A stretch of 64,000 nt of DNA from Saccostrea echinata (GCF_033153115.1 NW_026889796.1:8928001-8992000), one strand, 5' to 3'. Positions 48,048-61,188 are shown, counted from the stretch's first letter. Made by a program: numbers and translations. Notes: a model not told the origin generated them from the sequence alone.

Positions 48048-51000
48048 TCACCATTTGGCATTCATGCCGATCTGCTTCACAACTTCATCAACAATTTGGT
48101 AAATAGCTTGACTGTCAGCAGACGACACTTCACTACATTCAAGTCTCCCTAAATTCAGAGTGGTAAGGAAAATTGAGATAAGAAAATATGGCCTGTTACA
48201 AAAAAGAAAAGAAAGAAGTAACTTTGTCGGTATATAAATTGTCCAAAATCATATACACATGTACATCCCATGTAAATTTGTTTATATGAGTTGTGATTTG
48301 CAAATAGACTGAACCATATACATGATTGTATAATCGAATTTTATTGTCCAAAATTGTTCAAAGAATGTCATCAGATCAAATATTGTTGCAAAGTGTCGGA
48401 GTTAACAATAGATTACCTGCTTCAAGAGATCGTTTGACACAGTCCGCCTCAAATCTCAGACCACCACTATAGGGAAAATTATATGGAACTGGACCATTGG
48501 CTATTTCATTGCTAATTTTACCAGATGGTAGAGTGGCTTCCAAAGGACACCAGAAATTTGCACCTATCTATATTTTTGCCATTTAGAATTTATAAAATAT
48601 ATAAAAAAAACTGATTCACTAATATGCATTTCACAGAAGTTTCATAAAAAATATCTATGAATATACCAATATCTTTCGAAGAAAATGATATTTTCCTGTC
48701 ATTTTTACATAAATAGAAAAAAATCATTTTCATAAATACAATGTTCTCTTGCTATCACCTCTATTTTTCCCTTGGTACCATATATTGTGGCTGTGTTGTT
48801 CTTTCCTGCTTGAAACAATGTGCTATAAACTAACACGGCTCGCCCACCATTCTTGTACGTTAATGTAATGCATCCATCTGTATCAACTCCTGCAAAACAG
48901 TTGCATTGATTTAAGAAATAACTGTCTAGGTTTGGGGGTATATTAGTATAAGGTACATTATACAAACATTACTACTGCGAGTCATATTACATTAATTCAG
49001 GAATGAGGGGCCAACCTTGATCCGACAGTGTTGCATCAGCTGTAATTTTTTCTGGGGTTTGATTGTTAAAAATCATGGTGGCCAACTGAATTGTGTAAAC
49101 ACCAATGTCATATAACCCCCCTCCTCCTAATTCAGGGTCTGTGATTCGATTTACTTGGCTAAGTGGAATACAAATCTGAGCTTGAACATGCTTGATGTCT
49201 CCCAAATTTCCAGCCCGCACCTCTTCTTTAATTTTGCGGTAAACTGGAAAGCATCTTGTCCATACTGCCTGCGGATTAATGAGAAAAATTACATTAAATT
49301 CCATTGGATCAATGATCACAAAAAGAACATAGTAAATAGAAAGAAACATAAATTGCATGACACTCGACGTTTGGGTTCAGAACTTATTTTAGTAGTATTT
49401 AAATTTTGCGGAAATGAAATTGACTACTTTGATATTTTCTGACCTAGGTCTTATGTACCTCCATGAAGAACTTTTTGCACTCTTTAGCCACCTGCTGGAC
49501 CTCCAGAATCTGAGACAGACTGGCTGCTACTGGTTTCTCACAGAGAACATTCTTCCCAGCTCTTAACATCTGCTTGGACAGTGCCACATGGTAAATGTGT
49601 ATCACACCAATATACACAATGTCTACAAATAATACATAAGTAGTATACATAAACAAATACATGCATTTTTACAAGTATATAAATGTTAAATGTATACCAG
49701 GTATATAAATGTACACTATATCAAAAATGTGAATTCGAAATTCAGCATATTATTATGCGTCGATCATCTTTTTTCATGACACCGGTACATCAAAGGTCCT
49801 GAAAGTCATCAGTTTTAGAACTGAACATAATCCAGGTGAACTGTATTCACCTATATCTAATTTTGTTTGTGGTTATTATCCTATAGTTTTCAACATATCA
49901 ATCTTAATGGACATTAAACATTTGAATTTTCAAAAAATATTTCAAGAGAATTTATGTCACGTACCATGACTGTAAATTGCAAGCCTTAGAAGAGTATATA
50001 AAAGATAACGACCAGGTCATATATATTCTCTGAAACCATTAAAATAGAGTATGCACAACTGGACCATGTATATCCATGTTTACATGTACATGATGTAGTT
50101 GATGAATTTCTATAGGTAAGATGTTTGTTTACAATACATATCCCTCAGGAAACATTCTCATGATTGCAGCACATGAATGTGGGAAAGAGATTACTAATTA
50201 TTCAATACTCAAGAATTGTAACTTCTTGAGAAGTTGTTACTCAAGAATTGTAACTTTGTAAGAACGAGCACAACACTTTAAATGACTTACAGCATTCACA
50301 TTTACCGACATCTGGATCATTGGCAAATATTTACATACACTGAATATTATTTCCTTTATTTCCCATAAAAACCATTGCTGTTAATCAGTCCATAAACAAC
50401 TCTTAGCAAGCCACCTGCATAGGTTTCTTAAGGAACGGCTGTTCTATCAATTATGCATACAATGACATATACATCTATAATACAATATTTAACATATTTA
50501 ATTTACTTTGCATGTTCTTTTTAAAAATATGAATATAAACAATAAAATGTCTTTCTTTCTTTGTTAGTGCAGGAATTAACATCGCAGCTATTGCAGAAAA
50601 AATTCACATAACCCGCTTACGCGAGTTATGTATTTTTTTCTGCAACAGCTGCGACATTAATTCCTGTACTAACAACCAAAGAAAGCATTTTATTGTTTAA
50701 CAAATTCACACTTACTGACATCTGGATCATTGGCAACACATTCACATATACCAACAACACATTCACACTTACTAACATGTGGATCAATGGCAACACATTC
50801 ACACTTACTGACATCTGGATCATTAGGAACACTTTCTCTCTTACTGACATCTGGATCATTGGCAACACATTAACACTTACCGACATCTGGATCATTGGCA
50901 ACCTCCTCATAAGATCCATATGCCGTCTTTATTCCAAATTTGTCTGCAAAAAGTTGTGCTCTTTCGAGTGATCTTGCCCCTATGCAAACAACCTAATTAA

Positions 51001-51372
51001 GACAATCCATGAAATTAAAAAAAAAATTATCTAATTACAGGGGTATAAACTATAAATATTATCTTTCTAATGCTTTTCATTATATAATAAAAAAGGAGAT
51101 TCAATTTACAGGCAAACCATGAATATTTAATGACTTTAAAATTATCGTATAAAATTTTGATATGGAAAGTGAGTTTTTTAATCAATTTTAATTTACACAA
51201 CTTTTTGAATACTGTACCCCATTGAAATGCACAGTCATTAAAAATTAGTTTTTATGCCAACCATGTGCTACAATTGTAATACCTCATGGACATTACTTGG
51301 AGGAGCCAAGAGTGCCGAAACAAAGTCATTAGAGATGGTACCCGCTCCACAAATTCCCCAATGAAGAGCCAT
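48048..51372 (-). CDS. dhdh: Dimeric dihydrodiol dehydrogenase (trans-1,2-dihydrobenzene-1,2-diol / D-xylose dehydrogenase, GFO/IDH/MocA family), paralog A, 333 aa
   Basis: Seven exons 51372-51283, 50992-50881, 49622-49459, 49268-49016, 48889-48759, 48567-48417, 48148-48048. Motifs WGICGAGTIS, AYGSYEE, DIVYIG..H, VLCEKP, AVWTRCFP, LGGGGLYDIGVY, FWCP. Confidence 0.95.
50295..50902 (-). repeat. 36-bp minisatellite of the dhdh-A exon 2 end plus 5' splice site, split by an inserted element
   Basis: Donor-like GT at 50880, 50844, 50808, 50772, 50751, 50715, and one more at 50305 beyond the insertion. Confidence 0.92.
50327..50700. mobile_element. Hairpin-terminated non-autonomous element (copy 2 of 2) inserted into the minisatellite
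   Basis: Homologous to 27343-27703; palindrome 50536-50699; minisatellite units on both sides. Confidence 0.82.
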
Positions 51373-54175
51373 GCTTAATGTCAGTATGATAACCTTGAAA
51401 GACAAAGCTAATCTGGTAGTTTGCACACGTATTAACTGCTTTTCCTCTATTGCTTTTGTTCAAATTATTTTGAATAAATATGCAAATATTAATATATACA
51501 TGTATACATATGTAAATATTATATAAATATATATAAATAATATATTGATATTTTCGTTTTCTTGACAATATTGCAGTTCACAACAGCCCTAGTATAATTA
51601 TTTTTAAAAAATTGGGTGAATGTTTTCATTTTATGTAATAAATCTATAAACTTTTCTGTTCAACTTTGTTTTCTCAAATGTTTTTGTTTGCTTGTTGTTT
51701 GTTTTGTTGCTTTTCTGAGTTTATTTCACATTTTAATCATATACCACGTCTTCAGTATGTATAACAGTAACCTGCGTGACAATTACTAGATGTTATCTCC
51801 ATGGATACTAAAAATAAACCAACATTATATCAAAATTATTATACATGTAATTATATCAGTACTACTGTTTTACTAAATTACGTTTTCTTGTTGTGCGTAA
51901 AATGCTTTATTGACATCCCAGATTGCTGCATGGACAATTTCATGCTTATGTATTTTTTTTTTTTTTTTTAAAAACCCTACAAGATTGAGAAACTAATAAT
52001 TTTTCTTCGTAGAAACGAGTTAAATTTGTCACTATTTTAAAAATGGGTTATTACAATGACCATTTTATATTGTATACATTTCAAAGTTACGCAACGTTGA
52101 TTCACATGTAAAATTACGTCGTGTTGTCCTGTGTAATAATATAGCGGCATAGCCCGTTAAACCACCTTAACTTTTTTGCATTTTTAATTAACAGTGTTTC
52201 CAGTGTTATACATTACATTAATTAATATGGGATCTCAAAGGGTTTTTTTTTTAAAGATTCTTCATTTTTGTCGTCCACAATATAAATGTCATAAATCTGT
52301 ACTCTTTTGGGCATTTACAACGGATCCGGTAGTATGTTTTTAGAAATCGAAATCATATTTCTAATTTTTCACTGAGGGAGTCTGGTTTGGCTCCAATACT
52401 AATCAAGGGACCCCTGATTTTAAATTTCACATTTTTTTTCACAAAACAGATGATCAGCATATACCATAAGATATGAATAATGGTAGTCTTGGTAATGACG
52501 ACAGTTTCTTCAACAATCTCCATAATAGTTCAATTAGACAAACTGACAGAATCAAAATGAATTACAAATATAACCCCACCACCTCCTTCTATAAACATTC
52601 TATATGGGCGTTTAAAATTTGTAGCTTAAACTCAGTTTTCCCTTTTCAGTGTCATATAAAATAAAAGCATCTTATATTACAAAAATAAACAATAATGAAT
52701 AAATATTTACCTTGCCTCTAGTAATCTTAAAAATGCAGCTGTCTCTAATGTGCAAGAGTTCGCATACGAAGTGAGTATTTTTTTATATGTTATTGTCGTT
52801 TCTACAATGTGACCTAAATCTTGACTAATATTAAGCGCAGCAAAATATGACGTTATAGGAATCACGTTCTCACACAGAATATCACAAAGGAAGCTTCAAT
52901 TAAATGTATTAGTTAATTTACATCATACAGCCTTGTTTACTCATCTGGAAAAGGCCACATATCACACGCAGGACCCCGCCTTACATATGTTGCTATACAC
53001 AACCAGAAGTCTCTGAAGTTACTATAGCTCTACTGGTTTGTATATAAAACAGTAGCAATTGAACTTAATTAAAACTAAGGCAACACAAATAAATATTATC
53101 ATGATTCTTAGCGTAGTTTTATCTTGTGTGGCAAGTTTTATTGAAATCAGACTAAAACTGTAAGAGGTAATCACCTTCAGAAGAATTTCACATAAAATTC
53201 TATCTCAAGTAAATTTTATTAGAAATTCGCCAAAATTTAAAAAAAAAATCGATATACAGAATAATGTCTACTAGTGTAGAAAGTATTTTTGAAGTTGGAC
53301 CAAAAGAGTACTAAGCGTATTGAAAGAATTTCACATTAATTACCATGTAAGTAAAAATTTCAGTTATATTATTTCAAAATCCAAAATTACCCCTATGCAA
53401 AGGTCCATACTCCATGATACCAATGATTGCATTAGACATGTTCAGTCAGACGTTTATCTTAATTCCTGAAGAAGATGGAGTTTATAAAATTTACCTCACA
53501 AATCACATCCATATATGCTTTACAGCAAGACTTTTGACAGCAGGGTACGATCACAATACACAACGTGTTTTTCACGTCTCTGTATTTGTACTTTTAATAA
53601 TTTCTATTATAGATTTGGTTTTGACTTTAATTGAATCGACATTATTTCTTTAAATTCTTATATAATATATAATTCTTTTTCTTATAATTTTTTAAATATT
53701 TATTTTATAATATATATGAATGCCATATTTTTAATACATACAACGTACGCGTGTTTTCTTGCATCACGTTCATGTATGGCACCAATTTCATAGATGATGG
53801 GGAGGGTTCACCTTGTATTGATGAGGTGTTAAAAATTGAATTATAATTGTATAACAAACAAAAAACAACAAATGTACAAGTAGGTCTGTCCAATTTTATA
53901 GTTCAAAATCTGCCCACAAAACATATAAAATAAAGTTATGATAGTATGTGAAAATTACGAATAAATCAAATATACGATACATATTACATATGTATTACAT
54001 GTTAGGCATTTATACATTCTTTGAAACGATTTTATTTAGCATCCTTCTCATTCTTACATAAAATAAGTCAATATGCTTCACGTCATCAATATATGGTCAT
54101 TAGTTTGAATATGAGAGCGAACAGATGATAACAGCCAAATCTCAGAATCTCACCATTTTTGAAACATGAACACCA

Positions 54176-56608
54176 TCACCATTTTACATTCATTCCAATT
54201 TTCTTCATAACTTCGTCAATAACACAGTAAAGAGCCTGACTGTCGGCAAAAGAAATTTCACTGCATTCAAGTCTCCCTAAGTAAAAAGTGATAAGATATA
54301 TNNNNNNNNNNNNNNNNNNNNNNNNNNNNNNNNNNNNNNNNNNNNNNNNNNNNNNNNNNNNNNNNNNNNNNNNNNNNNNNNNNNNNNNNNNNNNNNNNNN
54401 NNNNNNNNNNNNNNNNNNNNNNNNNNNNNNNNNNNNNNNNNNNNNNNNNNNNNNNNNNNNNNNNNNNNNNNNNNNNNNNNNNNNNNNNNNNNNNNNNNNN
54501 NNNNNNNNNNNNNNGAAGCAGGTGGACAAAACAGTTTGTGTTTGAAAGTACAACCCTTTCATCCTGTATATTTCCTCAAAAACAATCCAAGACTGAAATG
54601 TTAGTTCATTGTTTATGTCTTGTGTATGAATGTTAACAATGATGAAGAAAAGCCTTATGTCAATCAATGATTCATTCTTTTTGACTTTTCAAAGTTTTTA
54701 TCAGACTGGATTAAGGTACTTGTACATTTTAGATTTATATTAAATGATATAAACTGATTACCATTTTCTAGACATTCTTTGACACAATCAGCCTCAAAGC
54801 GCAGGCCTCCTGTATTTGGAAAATTATTTGGCACTGGACCACAGGGTATTTCATTGCTAACTTTTCCAGATGGCAGAGTGGCTTCCATTGGGCACCAGAA
54901 ATTCTCACCAATCTAGGGTTAAACATCCTATTTTATTTTTTAAAATCCTTATTATATATTCTATTTATACAACAATTCCATTGCCACAAAATTCATATAA
55001 GTGCAAGTTTGGCTTATGAAGGAATGACTGATCTTGGTTGTTTAAACCAATCACCTTCATGATCTTGTCGATATTTTACCTCTATTTTCCCTTTTGTGCC
55101 GTGTATTGTGGCGTTATTCTTTCCCCCGTCAATCAATGTGCTATAAAACAACACAGCCCTTCCGCCATTCTTATATGTTAATATAATACACCCATCTTCA
55201 TCAACTCCTGCAAAAAAGGAGGAAAAAAATGATCATTTACTAAGAGGCTTGCGATGACAATATGGCTTTCATGGTTAACTGATTTAAATGAAGAATAGAA
55301 TAGCCCATATACGCATCTGAGTCCAAGGTATATAACTATATATAATACTGAAAAGTGCTACAGCTTTTTTAAACATTATTATAAGCCGATTCGAAGACTG
55401 TTTTGTTTTAAATAATTGTTTCCTGGACGAGAATATACATGTTTCACAGATGATTATCGAGAAAGTTCGTCTCAGTTCCCAAAACATGCTACACATAACA
55501 TACCCCGATCAGACATCTTGGAATCGGCTGTGATTTTTTCTGGTTTTTCATTGTTGAAAATCATGTTAGACAATTGTATGGTGTCAAGTCCAATTTCATG
55601 CAACCCTCCTCCACCCAAATCAGGATTTGCGATGCGTTCGAATCCGATAATTGGAATACAGAATTGAGCCTGCACACACAATATTTCTCCCAAGTTTCCA
55701 GCTCGCACCTCTTCTTTGATCTTACGATAAACTGGAAAACATGGACTCCAAAGTCCCTGAAGTAGATTTTAAAAAAAAAACCTACTCAATATCTGCATTG
55801 AATTACATGTATGTGGAATTAATTTCTAAGCTGATTTTTATTATTATTATTATTTTTTTTTTTTTTTTTGCATATTTCTACAGATATTATTTTTCTTTTT
55901 AATTAAGGGTCCAAGTGGAATTCATAGCAGGATACGTCTAGTTTTTCAGAGTGAAAGATATATTCCAGACACACGAAAGCTAGCAAAGAGAGATACACAG
56001 GAAGAACTACTATTATGCAATTGTATAGGTTTCGTCAATGATGGCATGTATACATTATGTATGCAAAGAGACTTAACGGTTAGCTTTTAAATTCAGCTAG
56101 GCCATTTAGAACATTTACCATTAACTTCTTTAATAAAATGTACACAGGGTAGAACTATACCTCCATGAAAAACTTTTTGCATTCTCTGGCGACCTGCTGT
56201 ACCTCTAGCACCTGAGCCAGGTTAGCAGCCATTGGTCTCTCACACAGTACGTTCTTTCCTGCTCTAAGCATCTGCTTGGACAGTGCCACATGGCAAATGT
56301 GTATCACACCAATATACACAATGTCTATATAACGTAAAAAAGCATGTATGAAAAAATATTCTTAAATAATTGATATTTCAAATTCTTGCAAGAAATGTAA
56401 TATTGGCATGTTTCAAATTAATGTACATTTAGGGTTATATTACGTCATATTCCTATATAATGAAGACTCGGTGTTATGTCATCTTGAAAATCAATTGACT
56501 TTTGGTATTTTGAAAATGTGTTAATAATAGTATCACAGAGGTTTATGGATGCTTAGGGAACTCATTTCAGTGTATTTGAAGCTAAATCAAAAGCTTTATT
56601 AGTCTGTG

Positions 56609-56690
<82 letters not shown>

Positions 56691-58649
56691 AATAACTAAG
56701 TTTATCATTCCATTAGAAAATAAGACTCGCAACCTTTCTATCGTCAATTTTCCTTATTTTTGTAGCAATATACCCTTATCACCTGCATATGGAGTTTATG
56801 TCTCCCATTTGATTCGATACGCAAGAGCACGCTCTACGTACGTACAATTTCCAAAACGACACAAGCTATTGACAAACAAGTTGATGAAACAAGGAAATCA
56901 ACAGTCTTATTTGAAGTCAACATTTGGCAAGTTCTATGGGCGATACAATGACCTTGTCAGCAAATAAAATCTATCATTAAGCCGAATGCTGACTAACGAT
57001 TTTCACACTCATTGTTAGGCCATTATTTACACACTGAACTGTCTACGAATTTTTCCGTTTGCCCGATCATGACAAGGAGCACACAGCGGGTGTGACCGGT
57101 CGACAGGGGATGCTTACTCCTCCATGGCATTTTATCCCACCTCTGATGTTTTTTTAGAGGTCCGTGTTTGCTCTGCTCCCGATTTGTATTGGTTCAATGG
57201 ACTTTTGAGCTTGATTTATTATTCGTTATCTCCATATTTCATTCAACTGTTTTATGTTAAGACAACCTGACCACAAATATTTTAAACTTATTTTCAACAT
57301 ATGTTTAATACATAAATTTTATATATTTACGATATGATCGTTATACGTTTAAATCTTTGTTTTTGAACATATGTCAAATTTAAAAGACATTGTGTTAAAA
57401 TGAGCTGAAATATTCAAGTATAAGACTTAGAGTTTGACACATGTTTATGAACCTATGTTCCCAAATCTTTTTAGATTGATATTTATAAACATTTAACTTG
57501 ACCTTCAATTCTAGTTACCGCACAATCTCTCACTGAAGTCAAGAAGCTACCATACAGGGTTCAATATTGCTATGAGGTTGACAGATGAACACTTTCCCTT
57601 CTTGGTCATAGCAACAATGTTATTTTCTTCATCAAACGTGGTCAATATACAGTATGATATTCAACTTTAGGTCTATCAGATAAGTACAATTAAAGGTGTG
57701 TAAGATACTAGGTTTCTTGATTAAAAGGTGACTTAATTCCCAAAGCAGCAAGGAATTATTACTATAAATCATAGGAATGTTTTTACATGGTTACACTACA
57801 ATGTAGCAATAAATTCCGATTTTTTATGCTATCTGTGTTACAAGGCCCTAAAAATATTATTTGGCAGTATTGATTTTATGCCAAATGTATCCATAGTTAC
57901 CACTAACTTAAATATATATATCGGAAGTAGTAACAAGGTGTAATTTTTTGTGAGAATGGCTTTTTTGTCTTTATTAAGACTCAATAAAGATTCAGAGTAA
58001 CTGAAAATCTCAATTTTTTAAATTTTTCCAGCTATTACCATGTCGACAAAGACACATAGCAACTTAATTTAAGTGGTTACAGAGAATAGTTCTTAATTTT
58101 AATTGGTATTCACACTTACCAAAATCTGGATTGTTGCCAACATATTCACACTTACTAACATCTGGGTTATTGCCAACAAATTGACACATACCAACATCTG
58201 GATTATTGCCAACATATTCACACTTGCCAACATCCGGATCATTGCCAACACATTCACACTTACCAACATCTGGATTATTGCCAACACATTCACACTTGCC
58301 AACATCTGGATTATTGCCAACACATTCACACTTGCCAACATCCGGATCATTGCCAACACATTCACACTTGCCAACATCCGGATCATTGCCAACACATTCA
58401 CACTTGCCAACATCCGGATCATTGCCAACACATTCACACTTACCAACATCTGGATTATTGCCAACATCCTCATACGATCCATAAGCTGCGTTTATTCCAA
58501 ACTTGTCTGCGAAACTTTTTGCTCTGTCCAGTGACCTGCTTCCAATGCAAACAACCTTTAAAACACATAGATGATTCTAGGACACCTGTAGGTTCTACAT
58601 ATCAGTGACATAGCTACCACTACTCAAAGGTAAAGGAAACTGCCTCATC

Positions 58650-58684
<35 letters not shown>

Positions 58685-59710
58685 CACATTGGCTTGGCAA
58701 AAGCACAAATCAGTTCAGTATTGAAAAGATAACCGGGGGAGGGGGGGGGGTTGAATTTTAAACTACCTGATGATGCTTCCATGTCAATATAACAAATGGC
58801 TTTGTTGTACTTGAGATTTAAAAAGAAAAATTCCCATATATTCCTTTGTAAAAATTTGATCCCCCATTGTGGCTCCTCCCTATCCCAGGGGTCATCATTT
58901 GAACAAACTTGAATCTACACTACCTGAGGATGCTTCCATATCAATATGACTAAACATAGCTTTTCTGTTCTTGAGAAGAAATATTTTTTCTATATGTTCT
59001 TATGTAAAATTTTTGATCCCGCATTGTGGCCCGACCCTATCCCCGGGGGTCATCATTTGAACAAAGTTGAATCTACACTACCTGAGGATGCTTCCATAAC
59101 AAAATGATTAATCATGGCTTTGCAGTTCTTCATATATTTCTATTTAAGACTTCGATCCTCCATTGTGGCCCCACCCTACCCCCAGGGGTCATGATTTAAA
59201 CAAAATAGAATCTACCCAACATGCGGATGCTTCCGTATAAATATGACACATCATGGCTTTGCTATTCTTGAGAAGAAGATTTTTAAAGGTTTTTCCTATA
59301 TATTTCTATGTAAAACTTTGATCCTCCATTGTGGCCCCGCCCTACCCCCGGGGGGTTATGATTTGAACAAACTTGAATTTACACTACCTGAGGATGCTTC
59401 CATATAAATATGACTCATCATGACTTTGCTGTTCTTGAGAAGATTTTTAAAGGTTTTTCCTATATATTTCTATGTAAAACTCTGATCCTCCATTGTGGCC
59501 CCGCCCTACCCCCGGGGGTCATGATTTGAACAAACTTGAATTTACACTACCTGAAGATGCTTCCACATGAGTTTCATCTTTCCTGGCCCTGTGGTTCTTG
59601 AGAAGAAGATTTTTAAAAGATGCTATTAATTTTTCACTTATTCTTTATTATCTCCCCTTGAAAGAGGGCGTGGCCCTTCATTTGAACAAACTTAAATCCC
59701 CTTCACCCAC

Positions 59711-59742
<32 letters not shown>

Positions 59743-59825
59743 GGCAGTAGTTTTGGAGAAGAAGATGAAATTGTGAAAAGTTTACAACGACAACAACAAC
59801 ACCGACGACGATGACAACGACGACA

Positions 59826-59867
<42 letters not shown>

Positions 59868-61188
59868 TGGCTCAGGTGAGCTAAAAATCACACACACGCA
59901 CACACACACCCTCACACACACACACACCCTCACACACACACTTTTTTATTTATATCAAACTTATGAACTACATGAACATATTATAATTACGAATCTTAAT
60001 TTTTCCCAATTTTATTTGGAGTACAAATACATTTCAGCGAGCTATAGGGCAAATCTAACCTTATTTAATTTACGTGTACAAATAACAATAGTTTTAAAGG
60101 TGCATGTCGTTATTTCTTCCGTAATTCATATGTTAATATATTTTGGTAACCTATTTAAATGTAAACATTTTTTTTTCTACAGATGCGTCTATTCCGGACT
60201 TATCAATGAAATACTCATAAAGAAGACATGTCTAATTGTTCAAAGGAACGGTAGCTAATACATAGTGTAATTAAGAAATGTTAATTCTGAACATTTTTTA
60301 AACCCAAAAATGGGTCCAAAAATTTGTCTTTTTTAAAGAATTGAGATCCAAGTCTAAAAAAAAATCAGCTTTAGGAGCATTCTATTGAGTATGCTGAGGA
60401 GTCAGTCATTTTTACGGAAAGCCTCGTGTTTTATTCATCAAAACTATCGTAATATTTTTTACCCACTAACACCCTATTTTCTACTTACATTTTGAGTCTT
60501 TGTTGTTCTGATAATCTTCTCAAAAATATCAAGAAGAATTTAATTCCAGATCATAAGTTTTCAGAGATAGAAATTTTCATTCATCGTCTATGAAAAATCC
60601 CAAGAAGTTTGGTTTCCCGCCATATTTTCAATGCTTTATATCTCAAAAATATGCTCAAATACTCATATTTTTCTTATTTTGTTTCACGTAATGAAAGCAT
60701 CGAATTAAAGTTCCAAAATTGAAAAGTTAAATGCAAGTTATCTCAGCAGAATACATTCTTAATGATATTTTTTTTCTAATTCTTATTTAAGCATAATTGT
60801 TTGCTGTAGTAGGTTTGTAAAATTATGCTATTCTATTTATCATATATTTCATCGTTTTTCTTCATTGTGTATCATAATAAAAATTGTTTTGTTGGAGGGG
60901 TGGGGGGTTAGAAAATTGTTTTGTTGGGGAGAAGGGGACTTCGTTCACACGAACTCCTTTCTTCAGGACTTCAGACCCTTGCTGCAAATTTTGCCCAACT
61001 TAAATGGGGGGGGGGGGGCTATAACACTGGATATTGAAGTGGTTTCTTCATCATATCATCATAATTTTCCATAAGCCATAAATTGAAATACTTGGTACCT
61101 CATGGACATTACTTGGTGGTGCCAAGAGCGCAGAGACAAAATCATTAGAAATGTGTCCGGCACCACATATTCCCCAACGAAGAACCAT
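54176..61188 (-). CDS. dhdh: Dihydrodiol dehydrogenase-like paralog B, 332 aa, intact frame but altered active-site motifs
   Basis: Seven exons 61188-61099, 58555-58444, 56324-56161, 55756-55504, 55207-55080, 54912-54762, 54276-54176, phases matching paralog A. Motifs read CERP, GLWSPCFP, GGGGLHEIGLD. Confidence 0.92.
54302..54514. other. Assembly gap (run of N) in the last intron of dhdh-B
   Basis: Continuous n bases. Confidence 0.99.
56612..56687. repeat. (TA)n microsatellite
   Basis: About 38 perfect TA units. Confidence 0.98.
56715..57241 (+). mobile_element. 3' fragment of the Naiad-like Penelope element in a dhdh-B intron
   Basis: IVNFPYFCSNIPLSPAYGVYVSHLIRYARA...KFYGRY plus a 3' UTR matching 14500-14718. 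Confidence 0.88.
58107..58466 (-). repeat. 36-bp minisatellite (10 units) of the dhdh-B exon 2 end plus 5' splice site
   Basis: Donor positions 58443, 58407, 58371, 58335, 58299, 58263, 58227, 58191, 58155, 58119, exactly 36 nt apart; five GT and five GC. Confidence 0.95.
58650..59886. mobile_element. Non-autonomous Helentron/HINE-type element with Cg170-like tandem core, in dhdh-B intron 1
   Basis: AACAAGAGGCCCATGGGCCACATCGCTCACCTGAG start, ~5 core repeats, (ACA/ACG)n microsatellite, end GCTCACTTGAGCCTTTGGCTCAGGTGAGCTAAAAA; followed by (CA)n at 59889-59941. Confidence 0.92.

Noticed and set aside
50626-50971. Repeat ORFs of 97 and 92 aa
   Set aside because: Off-frame or antisense readings of the dhdh-A minisatellite.
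52960-53560. Degraded HINE-like element (similar short ends at ~10060-10090 and ~10800-10890)
   Set aside because: Only scattered motifs; boundaries cannot be supported.
54176-54667. 163-aa and 85-aa ORFs
   Set aside because: They run through the N gap; only 54276-54176 is a real exon.
58099-58534. 36-bp repeats as a CRISPR array, or the repeat ORFs (127, 143, 92 aa) as genes
   Set aside because: Units are head-to-tail with no unique spacers and no cas genes; the listed ORFs are alternative frames of an intronic minisatellite.
59703-59939. Cys/Arg-rich ORF CRRCHRRRCCCCRC resembling a metallothionein or protamine
   Set aside because: Reverse translation of the HINE end, its (ACA/ACG)n microsatellite and the (CA)n tract.
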